Positions 33,451-42,576 of a stretch of DNA of 64,000 nucleotides are shown here, piece by piece. The notes under the pieces were generated by a model, which worked only from the letters and a program-made list of their open reading frames with translations, did not search any database and had not been told where the DNA came from. A program made the translations under genes and the position numbers. Source of the stretch: an uncultured delta proteobacterium (GTDB taxonomy: Bacteria > Desulfobacterota > Syntrophia > Syntrophales > UBA5619). The stretch covers positions 1 to 64,000 of the forward strand of contig CAWFOM010000009.1 in NCBI GenBank assembly GCA_963817385.1. The letters run 5' to 3'. How positions within the stretch are numbered: position 1 is the stretch's first letter; every line of letters begins with the position of its first letter.

Positions 33451-33481
33451 GAGGATACGGAAAGGAATCTTGTGTGTCAAG
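33451..33481 (-). promoter_or_regulatory. sigma70 promoter of dhaKL (conserved promoter family)
   Basis: Minus strand CTTGACACACAAGATTCCTTTCCGTATCCTC. Confidence 0.7.
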
Positions 33482-33584
33482 GCGAATTTAGCGGGCGAAT
33501 TTTTGCCTTTTGGATGCGAAAGGCCTTGTGGTAAGGTGAAAACATGAATCGGTAAAAAAAGGACCTTTTCAAGGAGGAGTCAAA

Positions 33585-35255
33585 ATGTTCTGGCGAAGCA
33601 AAGACATTCTTCAGTTTCCCGAGGGGGCCATGGTTCGCGGACTTTACAAATCCATGGGGTACAGCGACTATGACCTGTCCCGCCCTATGATCGGGATCGC
33701 CAATTCGTGGAACCGGGTGGTCCCGGGGCATTACAACCTGAACCTGGTTTCGGAGTACGTGAAGCAGGGAATCTTCCAGGCCGGGGGGACGCCGGTCGAA
33801 TTCGGAACGATTGCCGCCTGCGACGGGATCTCCCAGGGCCACGACGGGGGGCGTTACATCCTGCCCAGCCGCGACCTCATCGCCAATGACATCGAAACGA
33901 TGATCGAAGCCCACCGTCTGGACGGGGTGGTGCTCCTGGGGTCTTGCGACAAGATCGTCCCCGGCATGCTCATGGCCGCGGCACGCATGGACCTTCCCGC
34001 CATCCTGGTGGCGGGGGGCCCTATGGAAGGGGGCTGCGAGTTCGACGGCCGGGCGGCGGATATCACGGCCCTCACGGAAGCGATGGGAATGCTGACAACG
34101 GGAAAGATGACCGAAGAAGAATACCGCCATTTGGAAAATTGCGCCGGACCGGGCTGCGGCTCTTGTTCCTTCTTCGGGACGGCCAATACCATGTGTTGTC
34201 TTGCCGAGGCTCTGGGGCTGAGCCTTCCGGGGAGCGCGACCATCCCCGCCACGCGAGCCGACCGTCTGCGGGCCGCCCAGGAATCGGGGAGACAGGTCGT
34301 GCGCATGATCATGGAAGGGATTACGGCCCGGCGGATCATCAACAAAAAAAGCATCGAAAACACGATTCGCCTCAACGCCGCCGTGGGCGGTTCGACCAAC
34401 GCCATCCTCCACCTTCTGGCGATCGCCTATGAAGCGGACGTGGACCTCAATGTGGACAAGTTTGAAGAGCTGAGCCGAACGACCCCCTTGATCGCCAAGA
34501 TCTTCCCGGCGGCGGCGGAGAATGTGCCCGATTTCCATTTTGCCGGGGGTGTGCCGGCGGTGATGAAGGAAATTCTCCCCTTGCTGCATAAGGAAGCTCT
34601 CAGTGTGAACGGAAAAACAGTTGTCGAGAATGTGGCCGATGCCAAAATCATGAACCCCAAAATGATCAAGACCCTGGCCCAACCATGGGCCGCGGAGGGA
34701 GGTCTGGCAGTCCTGAGGGGGAATCTGGCGCCCAACAGCTGCATCACCAAGCCTGCCGCCATCCGGCCTGAAATCCACAAATTCACGGGCAAGGCGCACT
34801 GCTTCGATTCGGAGGAGGCGGCGAACCAGGCCATCCTGGACCGCAAGGTGGTCGAAGGGGAGGTCGTGGTCATTCGCTACGAGGGACCGAAGGGCGGGCC
34901 CGGGATGCGGGAGATGTACACAGCCATGAAGCTTTTGTTCGGTCAGGACCTGGCTCTCAAAACCGCCCTGGTGACCGATGGGAGGTTTTCGGGGACGAAC
35001 AACGGATGTTTCGTCGGCCACATTTCCCCCGAAGCCGCCGAGGGAGGCCCTCTGGCCATCGTCCGGGACGGGGATCCAATCACCATCGATATCCCCGCCA
35101 GGAAGCTGCACCTCCATGTCTCCGACGAGGAGATCAAGACCCGTCTGGCCAAATGGAAGCGGCCGGAGCCCAAGTTTAAAAAAGGGTACCTGGCCCTTTA
35201 CTCGCGCCTGGCTGAGTCGGCTGATAAAGGCGCGATCATTCGGAACAAATTCTAA
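33585..35255 (+). CDS. ilvD: IlvD/Edd-family dehydratase (probably sugar-acid dehydratase by context)
   Basis: CDG, CDKIVPG, GTANTM, GGSTN, YEGPKGGPGMREM and TDGRFSG. Confidence 0.9.
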   Translation: MFWRSKDILQFPEGAMVRGLYKSMGYSDYDLSRPMIGIANSWNRVVPGHYNLNLVSEYVKQGIFQAGGTPVEFGTIAACDGISQGHDGGRYILPSRDLIANDIETMIEAHRLDGVVLLGSCDKIVPGMLMAAARMDLPAILVAGGPMEGGCEFDGRAADITALTEAMGMLTTGKMTEEEYRHLENCAGPGCGSCSFFGTANTMCCLAEALGLSLPGSATIPATRADRLRAAQESGRQVVRMIMEGITARRIINKKSIENTIRLNAAVGGSTNAILHLLAIAYEADVDLNVDKFEELSRTTPLIAKIFPAAAENVPDFHFAGGVPAVMKEILPLLHKEALSVNGKTVVENVADAKIMNPKMIKTLAQPWAAEGGLAVLRGNLAPNSCITKPAAIRPEIHKFTGKAHCFDSEEAANQAILDRKVVEGEVVVIRYEGPKGGPGMREMYTAMKLLFGQDLALKTALVTDGRFSGTNNGCFVGHISPEAAEGGPLAIVRDGDPITIDIPARKLHLHVSDEEIKTRLAKWKRPEPKFKKGYLALYSRLAESADKGAIIRNKF

Positions 35256-35278
35256 AAGGAAGGGAGGCCAACCGACCC

Positions 35279-35956
35279 TCATCTTGCCGGAAACGATTCT
35301 CGGAGCCGGTGGACATCGGACATATGACGGACATGATAGGTCTTCATGCCGGTTGCCCTGGCAGGGGTCAGATCAATTCCCTCTTCATCACCGATAGCGA
35401 GACACTTTTCAGGGAGCACGTCGAGCAGGCGGGCCATGGTAGAACATAGGACCCGGTCCGGTTTGGTTCTCCCCGTCTCGGACACCGTAAGGATCGCTTG
35501 GAAAAAAGGACCGACACCAAGGATCTCCAAAATACGGTCGGTGTGGACCCGATGGTTATTGGTGAGCAGTCCAAGTCGATAACGACTCGAGAGGATCGAG
35601 ATGGTTGTCACGAGTTCCGGATCCTGCCGGAGGAAGCTTCCGGGATCGATTGTGCGGATAGTCTTATTTCGCCATACTTCCCAAACAATGCCTAACTCAC
35701 GCAATATCAAAGTGTTGCTTGGGGTATAACCGCATCGCGCTGCAAGGACCGTCCGAGTTCGGTTATAGAGCTCCTTTGTCTCGAGATGATCAATTCCTTT
35801 AACTTCAGCTATGAGGTTGCAGGCGGCCTGCCGATAAGCTCCTTTGAACTCCGGGCTTGTATAGAGGGTGTCGTCCATGTCGAAAATCAACGCCTGGATG
35901 TCCTTCCATTCGTCTTGATTGAAAGGGGATGTTGTGACTTCAGCGTTCGACATCAT
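35279..35956 (-). CDS. HAD-superfamily hydrolase
   Basis: FDMDDTL, LLTN, KP and IGD...D motifs. Confidence 0.85.
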   Translation of the reverse strand: MMSNAEVTTSPFNQDEWKDIQALIFDMDDTLYTSPEFKGAYRQAACNLIAEVKGIDHLETKELYNRTRTVLAARCGYTPSNTLILRELGIVWEVWRNKTIRTIDPGSFLRQDPELVTTISILSSRYRLGLLTNNHRVHTDRILEILGVGPFFQAILTVSETGRTKPDRVLCSTMARLLDVLPEKCLAIGDEEGIDLTPARATGMKTYHVRHMSDVHRLRESFPAR

Positions 35957-36058
35957 CGGTGCCCTGTTGACGCCCCGCTGCGCCCACCCTGTTCTTTATC
36001 GGTCATGTACGGCCGAGCAGGCTCGGTGGCGGTGCACTGCAAAGGGGCAATATGGAAA

Positions 36059-36838
36059 TTAGACGGAGCTGGTAAGGCCGCCATCAACATAGATGATTTG
36101 CCCGTTTACAAATGTCGAAGCCTTTGACGCAAGAAACACGGCGGTACCGCACAGTTCGTCGACATTTCCCCATCGTCCGGCAGGAGTTCTCTTGCATAAC
36201 CAATCGGAAAATTCCTTGTTCTCGACAAGAGCCTTGTTCATTTCCGTCGCAAAATAACCCGGTGCAATGCCATTGATTTGGATGCCGTATTTCGCCCATT
36301 CCACGCACATGCCCTTGGTCAACATCGCCACTCCCCCTTTCGTCGCAGCATAAGGAGCGACGGTGGAACGACCGAGCTGGCTTAGAACCGAACAAATGTT
36401 GATGATCTTACCTGTCATTCGCGGGATCATATATTTTGCGACAGCCTGAGAAACATGAAATACACTGCTCAGATTGGTATTGATCAGTCTTTCCCATGCA
36501 TCTGCGGGAAAATTTTCCAGGGGTGCACGATACTGAATGCCTGCATTATTAACCAGAATATCAATAACTCCGATTTCGGACTCAATTTTACGAATTGATG
36601 ATACGACAGCGTCACGCTCTGTTGCGTCAAATATGGACGTCGCTATGGTAAACCCCTCTTTCCTCAATTCTCCGGCCGCGCGTGCTAATTTTTCCCGATC
36701 GCGGCCATTCAGCACGATTGCCGCTCCGGCTTCAGCGAGTCCCTTTGCCAGAGCCAAGCCAATTCCCTGGCTTGATCCGGTAATTAATGCACGCGACCCG
36801 GTAAGATCAAAAGGATTCTTTCTATCAGATTTATTCAT
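36059..36838 (-). CDS. idnO: Gluconate 5-dehydrogenase (SDR)
   Basis: FDLTG, TGSSQGIG, NNAGIQ, YAATKG, IAPGYFATEMN and KRTPAGRWG; adjacent to idnD. Confidence 0.85.
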   Translation of the reverse strand: MNKSDRKNPFDLTGSRALITGSSQGIGLALAKGLAEAGAAIVLNGRDREKLARAAGELRKEGFTIATSIFDATERDAVVSSIRKIESEIGVIDILVNNAGIQYRAPLENFPADAWERLINTNLSSVFHVSQAVAKYMIPRMTGKIINICSVLSQLGRSTVAPYAATKGGVAMLTKGMCVEWAKYGIQINGIAPGYFATEMNKALVENKEFSDWLCKRTPAGRWGNVDELCGTAVFLASKASTFVNGQIIYVDGGLTSSV

Positions 36839-36880
36839 TGTTCCTCCAGGCGGGGATATCAGCCGTTCAGGGAAAAGATC

Positions 36881-37927
36881 CTAAAAAGACAGTTGCACCT
36901 TCATTTGCGCTTTCCGATCGCTTGCAAGATGAAAAGCTTCGACAGCTCTTTCGAAGGGAAGAGTTGCGGTTATAATCGGTTTTACATCAATCTTTCCTTC
37001 GCGGATCAGACGCACAGCGAAAGGAAATTCTGAATTACAGCGGTGCGTACCAACCAACGCAATCTCTTTACCCACCAGCCCATTAATTGGGACAGAGACA
37101 TCTCCCGTCACCGTCAAACCCACCTGAACAATAGTCCCGCGTGGCTTTACGACAGGAATGACACCACGCAATACCGACGAAGCGCCCGTACATTCGAAGG
37201 CCACGTCAAAATAACCCTTATCCGAAAGAAACTCCTTTTTTTCAAGTCCCGGCTCAATCGAAACGTTCACGACTCGCGTCGCTCCCATCTCCATAGCCTT
37301 CTTTAATGCCGCATCATGAAGATCGGCAGCAACCACTTCAGCCGCACCCGCGTAACGGGCCACGGCAATAACAAGAGCGCCAATCGGACCAGAACCGTTT
37401 ACGAGGATCTTTTTACCCATTAACGTCCCGGCCTGGTTTACCGCATGCAGCGATACGGCAAGAGGTTCGGCACACGCAGCCTCTCCAAACGAAACCGAAT
37501 CGCCGACCGACTCGCAACGGAACTCCTCAGTGATCAGCCGTTCCCGAAACGCCCCGTGACTATGGGGCACGCGCATGGCACTTCCGTAAAACCACACATC
37601 CAGACAATGTTGTTGTTGGCCTAATTGGCAGAAAGTACAACGGCCGCATGGGAGACTCGGATTGAGAGCGATGTGATCTCCGACATTAACCTTTGTAACT
37701 TTAGGACCGACCGCTTCAACCGTTCCGGATACTTCATGACCGAGTATCATCGGCTCCTTTATTCTCACCGTTCCAAACCCGCCATCGAGATAGTAGTGGC
37801 GATCGGAGCCGCAAATTCCTCCTGCAAGAACACGGACCAAAACCTGCGTTTCTCCCAGTGCACCAAGCGGAACCTTCTCGATTCGCAGATCCAGTTTATC
37901 GTGAATGACACAAGCCAAACTCTCCAC
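36881..37927 (-). CDS. idnD: L-idonate 5-dehydrogenase
   Basis: GGICGSD, EPMILGHE, FYGSAMRVPH and AEPLAVSLHA. Confidence 0.85.
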   Translation of the reverse strand: MESLACVIHDKLDLRIEKVPLGALGETQVLVRVLAGGICGSDRHYYLDGGFGTVRIKEPMILGHEVSGTVEAVGPKVTKVNVGDHIALNPSLPCGRCTFCQLGQQQHCLDVWFYGSAMRVPHSHGAFRERLITEEFRCESVGDSVSFGEAACAEPLAVSLHAVNQAGTLMGKKILVNGSGPIGALVIAVARYAGAAEVVAADLHDAALKKAMEMGATRVVNVSIEPGLEKKEFLSDKGYFDVAFECTGASSVLRGVIPVVKPRGTIVQVGLTVTGDVSVPINGLVGKEIALVGTHRCNSEFPFAVRLIREGKIDVKPIITATLPFERAVEAFHLASDRKAQMKVQLSF

Positions 37928-38090
37928 TACATCCTCCGAATCGTCATTGATATGAGCGCAGCATTACCGTCAATCCGATCAGGACGAGGCAATGGGCGGA
38001 TGAAGCAACCTCTTTTGCACCGAAATTGCTATTTGTCCGGGCAACAGAAGTAGAGATTCGGAACAACCGGCAATTCTGCCGCAACCTGGA

Positions 38091-38843
38091 TCACCATGCC
38101 GTCGCGCCACCGTCCACCGGAAAGGCCACCCCGTTGATGAACGCCGCCTCGTCCGAAGCCAGGTAAAGCGCGGCGCTGGCCACATCCTCCATACTGGCGA
38201 GACGGCCCAGAGGCACCTCACCCACGCGCTCCTGCCTGCGATCGAGATCCTTCATCATCTCTTGAACCAGAGGGGTCTCCACCGTACTGGGGCAGAGCAC
38301 ATTGGCCCGGATGTTGTCTTTGGCATAGCGGACGGCCACTGACCGGGTCAGCTGGGAAATTGCACCCTTTGTCAAGGTGTAGGCTTCGGGGGTAAACTTG
38401 TGGCCGATGAGGCTGCAGACCGAACCCATGCTGATGATGGAACCACCGCCGTTTTTACGCATCAGGGGCAGGGTGTGCTTGATGCCGAGAAACGGCCCTC
38501 GGACATTCACGGCCAGCATCCTGTCAAGGCTCTCAACGCTCATCTCCTCGATGAGCTGGCGGATGTTGATTCCGGCGTTGTTCACCAGGGTGTCGAGCTT
38601 TCCCGCCTTGTCGATCAGCGCGGCCAGCGCGGCCGTCCAACTCTCCTCGTCGGCCACGTCCAGGCGGACAAACCAGGCCTGGGCGCCCTTCGAGGTAAGT
38701 TCGGCCGCGGCGGCCCGGCCCTGATCCTCCTTGATGTCGCCGAGAAAAACCAGGGCGCCCTCCAGGCTGAACCGGCGGGCGATGGCCAGTCCCAGACCCT
38801 GAGAAGCGCCGGTGACGAGGGCAACTTTGTTTTTGAGACGCAT
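38091..38843 (-). CDS. SDR family oxidoreductase
   Basis: TGASQGLG, NNAG, YTLTKG and VDGG. Confidence 0.9.
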   Translation of the reverse strand: MRLKNKVALVTGASQGLGLAIARRFSLEGALVFLGDIKEDQGRAAAAELTSKGAQAWFVRLDVADEESWTAALAALIDKAGKLDTLVNNAGINIRQLIEEMSVESLDRMLAVNVRGPFLGIKHTLPLMRKNGGGSIISMGSVCSLIGHKFTPEAYTLTKGAISQLTRSVAVRYAKDNIRANVLCPSTVETPLVQEMMKDLDRRQERVGEVPLGRLASMEDVASAALYLASDEAAFINGVAFPVDGGATAW

Positions 38844-39116
38844 AGGATTCTCTTTCTATCGCCGCCGCCATGGGTCGGAGCATTGCGGCGATGGGTGTTG
38901 ATGCGGTGGAAACTCCCGTGCACTCCCCATTCCATTGTGGGGTGCACGGTTGCTTCTCTTCCCGCGGATTGAGCACGTACTGGCTAGCTGGCCTTGTTGA
39001 CCGTTGCCCGGTACTCATCCAGGAGCGACTTGCCGAGGAGGAAAATGTGCGGGCCGGTCGCCGGTTCGGGTTGTGCCGGGAGCAGTCGGCCCCGCCTCAG
39101 CCTTGACGCGCACGAT

Positions 39117-39233
39117 TTCGGAGGGAAGTTTGCTACCTGGAGACCAGGTGCGGCGAAGAATCTGATCACGGAGCTGCCAGAAAACCTGGCCGCGGACGCT
39201 CTCTTCTTTGATGGGTTTGAGCATGGTTACCAT
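39117..39233 (-). pseudogene. Truncated GntR(FadR)-family regulator (5' remnant)
   Basis: MLKPIKEESVRGQVFWQLRDQI..W.PGSKLPSE; similarity ends before the HTH; a TTGACA-17-TATCGG promoter remains upstream. Confidence 0.7.
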
Positions 39234-39521
39234 CCAAGGTCATAGCCCAAATTGTCATTGCCCAAATCAGAGGTTGTCCGATATCCTACACCTGATCACT
39301 TGTCAAGAATTTTTCAATGAGATCCGTTGATAGGAACTGGAAGGCTGAACGATCAAACAATGGTAATCCTTAATGTAGTGGTTCTGAAGAAAATGTGGTA
39401 GGGTTGAAAGAAATGGAGACCAATGTTTAGGTACCAGTTGCCTCATTGAAAAATGTTGCCGAAGGAGTTGAGTTGGAAGGTAAATAACTAGGACTTCCAT
39501 TTTGTTCGATAAGGATTGAAG

Positions 39522-40892
39522 ATGAATGATTTGTTGATGGCCTTTTATGGCGATGATTTTACCGGTTCGGCAGACGCGATGGAGGCACTGACTTTAAATG
39601 GCGTGCCGACTGTGTTGTTTCTTGACCGGCCTGATCCCGCTTTACTGAAAAGACGATTGAAAAACGTTCGGGCCGTGGGCGTAGCCGGAACCAGCCGAAC
39701 CATGACGCCATCGCAAATGGACGAGGAATTACCCGGGCAGTTTCAGATGCTCAAAGATCTGGGAGTCCCTCTTATCCATTACAAAGTATGCGCGACTTTT
39801 GACTCGTCAGCCAGGATCGGCAGCATCGGGCATGCGGCTGACCTCGCATTTAGCGTGATCAAACCACCATTCGGGGTCATTGTCCAAGGCGTTCCGATTA
39901 TCGGACGCTATGTAGTATTCGGTAATCATTTCACTACGGTAGGGAATAAAACCTACCGCCTTGATCGTCACCCGATGATGAGCAGACATCCTATTACCCC
40001 TATGGACGAAGGAGACCTGAGATTACATTTTGCCAAACAAACGGGGAAAAAAGTTGAACTGATTGATCTGCTGCAGCTAAGCAAACCATTTGATTCAATC
40101 TCCCGTCAATTTGACCAGTACATCGACCAAGGAAATGAAATTATCCTTTTTGACACCCTGGAAGAAATAAATCTTCTCAAGATTGGCCAGCTAATAAATA
40201 AAAAAATCGGCTCTCAACCGATTTTTGCCATTGGTTCTTCAGGATTTGAGTATGCGATGGCACTCTATTGGCAATCTGCAGGCATTGTTTCAAAACCGAA
40301 TCCGATTCCTCCGGCAGGACCAGTGGATCAGCTAATCGTAGTAAGCGGCAGTGCGGCAGACAAGACTGCCGAACAAATCAAATACGCCATGGATCACGGC
40401 ATTGAGGGTATTCGACTGAACACTGATCTGCTCATTGATCATGAAACCGTCAAAGACGAACGGAATCGCGTGATTCAACACTCACTAAAATTTCTTCGCC
40501 AAGGGAAAAGCATTATCCTCTTCTCTACCGTTGGACCAGATGATCCGTACATCAAAAAAACCAAAGATACGATGAAATCTTTGGGTATTGATGTAAATGA
40601 AGTCGGGAAACATCTTGGAAAACAACAAGGATTAATACTACGTGAATTGGTAGAAATAGCAGGACTGAAAAGAGTGTGCGTTGCAGGAGGAGACACCTGC
40701 AGTTATGTATTGCGCCAAATGGATATAAATTCGCTGGAGCTGTTGATGCCGATTACCCCAGCGGCTCCGCTATGCCGTGCGTTCTCCGATAATCCCACAT
40801 TTGAAGGCCTCCAGGTTGCTTCAAAAGGCGGACAAATAGGTGCACCTGAATATTTTATTCAAGTCCTAAACGGACAAAGAGCGAATCTCTGA
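39522..40892 (+). CDS. Four-carbon acid sugar kinase family (DUF1537; OiaK-like N-terminus)
   Basis: FYGDDFTGSAD, HYKVCATFDS, GSSG, VSGS, AGGDT and KGGQIG. Confidence 0.9.
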   Translation: MNDLLMAFYGDDFTGSADAMEALTLNGVPTVLFLDRPDPALLKRRLKNVRAVGVAGTSRTMTPSQMDEELPGQFQMLKDLGVPLIHYKVCATFDSSARIGSIGHAADLAFSVIKPPFGVIVQGVPIIGRYVVFGNHFTTVGNKTYRLDRHPMMSRHPITPMDEGDLRLHFAKQTGKKVELIDLLQLSKPFDSISRQFDQYIDQGNEIILFDTLEEINLLKIGQLINKKIGSQPIFAIGSSGFEYAMALYWQSAGIVSKPNPIPPAGPVDQLIVVSGSAADKTAEQIKYAMDHGIEGIRLNTDLLIDHETVKDERNRVIQHSLKFLRQGKSIILFSTVGPDDPYIKKTKDTMKSLGIDVNEVGKHLGKQQGLILRELVEIAGLKRVCVAGGDTCSYVLRQMDINSLELLMPITPAAPLCRAFSDNPTFEGLQVASKGGQIGAPEYFIQVLNGQRANL

Positions 40893-41032
40893 CGCACTAA
40901 ACCTGAATCCGCGATTCCATCCGGAGGATCTTATGCCGGAATATCGCCTCCAGTTTTTCAACTCCGAGGGAGGCGCTGCCCGGAACATGCCTTTGCCGTA
41001 GAAATATCCGTCAGTGATCAGAATAGGAAATT

Positions 41033-41188
41033 CTATAGAGTCGAGCAGCGGGCGACGCAGCGAAGGGAAAGTTCCTTCGCCCGATGACAGCTCACGAAGT
41101 GGTTCGGGGCAATCCATTCCTGCACCGGCGTCATTTCCCGGCAGACGGCCTCCGCATAACTGCATCGGGGATGGAAATAACAGCCAGG
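41033..41188 (-). pseudogene. 3' remnant of an OppD/DppF-type ABC ATPase (oligo_HPY tail)
   Basis: Translates as PGCYFHPRCSYAEAVCREMTP..WIAPNHFVSCHRAKEL; no start codon and no ATPase domain. Confidence 0.8.
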
Positions 41189-41191
41189 CCG

Positions 41192-41223
41192 GAGTATGAG
41201 GGAAGGGGGGCTTGTATGTCAAG
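41192..41223 (-). promoter_or_regulatory. Inward-facing sigma70 promoter at the island's right end
   Basis: Minus strand CTTGACATACAAG...CATACT, 18-bp spacer. Confidence 0.55.
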
Positions 41224-41257
41224 AAAAATTGGCCCCAACATATGGGTGCTAAGCGGA

Positions 41258-41351
41258 GACGATCGCGGACCTCGATGGTCACCCCGCGATCCGGGCTTCC
41301 CATGTCGCGGAAGCCATCCAATACAGAAGCCTTGATCGCCGCCTCATTTAA
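41258..41351 (+). repeat. Right direct repeat (attR-like), a displaced comM 3' end
   Basis: Encodes TIADLDGHPAIRASHVAEAIQYRSLDRRLI*, identical to the ComM C-terminus. Confidence 0.95.
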
Positions 41352-41406
41352 TGATAAAGACCAACGTACTTACTCACCATCGAATGGTTGCTTTAAGGAG
41401 ACGACA

Positions 41407-42483
41407 ATGGAAATAACGGTTATTGAGACCCCTCCCGACAAGAGGAAGGTGAAGCCCGCCGATGAATCGAAGCTGGGCTTCGGAAAGATCTTCAGCGATC
41501 ATTTTTTCACCATGACCTACCATACCGGACGTGGCTGGCATGATCCCCTGATCGAACCCTACCGGCCGCTCCAGCTCGATCCCACAGCCATGTGCCTCCA
41601 TTACGCCCAGGAGATCTTTGAGGGGATGAAGGCCTATCGGGGAAAAGGCGGCGCCATCTTCCTCTTCCGGCCGATGGAAAATATCCGGCGGATGAACGTC
41701 TCGGCAGAGCGCCTCTGCATGCCGCAGGTCGATGAGGAGCTTTTCTTCGAGGCGCTGAAGCGTCTGACAATTATCGAAAAGGAGTGGATCCCCCACGGCA
41801 GCGGAACCTCCCTCTACATCCGGCCGACGATGATCGCCACGGAGGCTGCCCTCGGCGTGCATCCGTCAAACGAGTACCTTTTCTTCATCATCATGGGTCC
41901 GGTAGGGGCTTACTACCCCGAGGGGTTTGGCCCGACCAAGATCTTCGTCACGGAGGAGTACTGCAGGTCCGTTCCCGGAGGAACCGGTAACTGCAAGGCC
42001 GGCGGCAACTATGCGGCAAGCCTCTATGCGGGTGAGATCGCAAAGCGTATGGGGTATACCCAGGTCCTGTGGCTCGACGCCGTCGATCGGAAATACGTGG
42101 AAGAGGTGGGGACGAGCAACATGTTCTTCGTGATCGGCGAGGAGTTGATCACCGCCCCCCTGACGGGAACGATCCTCCCCGGCATCACCCGTGATTCGGT
42201 GATCCAACTCGCAAAAAACTGGAAAGTGAAGGTTGCCGAACGGCGCCTCTCCATGGATGAAATCATGGCCGCCATAGCCAACGGGACCCTCCGGGAGGCC
42301 TTCGCCTCGGGAACTGCCGCCATCGTTTCGCCGGTCGGTCAGATCTATTACCGGGGGAAGGAGCACCTCATCGGCGGTGGTAAAACAGGCAATCTCACGG
42401 AAAGACTGTACAATGAGATACTCCAGATTCAGTACGGACAGAAGGAAGACCCCTTCGGCTGGCGGATCAAGATTGCGGATTGA
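41407..42483 (+). CDS. ilvE: Branched-chain amino acid aminotransferase
   Basis: AAGGAG RBS; LGFGKIFSDH, LHYAQEIFEGMKAY, LYIRP, KAGGNYA, ILPGITR and SGTAA. Confidence 0.97.
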   Translation: MEITVIETPPDKRKVKPADESKLGFGKIFSDHFFTMTYHTGRGWHDPLIEPYRPLQLDPTAMCLHYAQEIFEGMKAYRGKGGAIFLFRPMENIRRMNVSAERLCMPQVDEELFFEALKRLTIIEKEWIPHGSGTSLYIRPTMIATEAALGVHPSNEYLFFIIMGPVGAYYPEGFGPTKIFVTEEYCRSVPGGTGNCKAGGNYAASLYAGEIAKRMGYTQVLWLDAVDRKYVEEVGTSNMFFVIGEELITAPLTGTILPGITRDSVIQLAKNWKVKVAERRLSMDEIMAAIANGTLREAFASGTAAIVSPVGQIYYRGKEHLIGGGKTGNLTERLYNEILQIQYGQKEDPFGWRIKIAD

Positions 42484-42530
42484 ACAAAAGGTCAATGGGA
42501 TATTTCTCTTGATTCGGGAACTTGGAAAGG

Positions 42531-42576
42531 GAATCCACAGGGGTGTGGAGAGGGTTGTGGACAAGACTGTGTATAA
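42531..42576. promoter_or_regulatory. Cluster of four DnaA-box-like nonamers
   Basis: GAATCCACA (42531); reverse-strand boxes TGTGGAGAG (42544), TGTGGACAA (42556), TGTGTATAA (42568). Confidence 0.7.

Larger units (their letters stand above)
21747..41351. mobile_element. Genomic island inserted at the comM 3' end, sugar-acid catabolism cargo, no integrase
   Basis: Flanking 94-bp direct repeat; mosaic base composition; accessory genes and remnants between core genes comM and ilvE. Confidence 0.85.

Noticed and set aside
38916..38949. CCGTGCAC...GTGCACGG hairpin as a REP element or sRNA
   Set aside because: Single copy in the window with no other supporting features
21841..41257. Integrase, transposase or relaxase inside the island
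   Set aside because: No ORF with tyrosine/serine recombinase, DDE or HUH motifs was found
41212..41406. N-terminal extension of IlvE in the ORF track
   Set aside because: It spans the comM repeat; the RBS-supported start is ATG 41407
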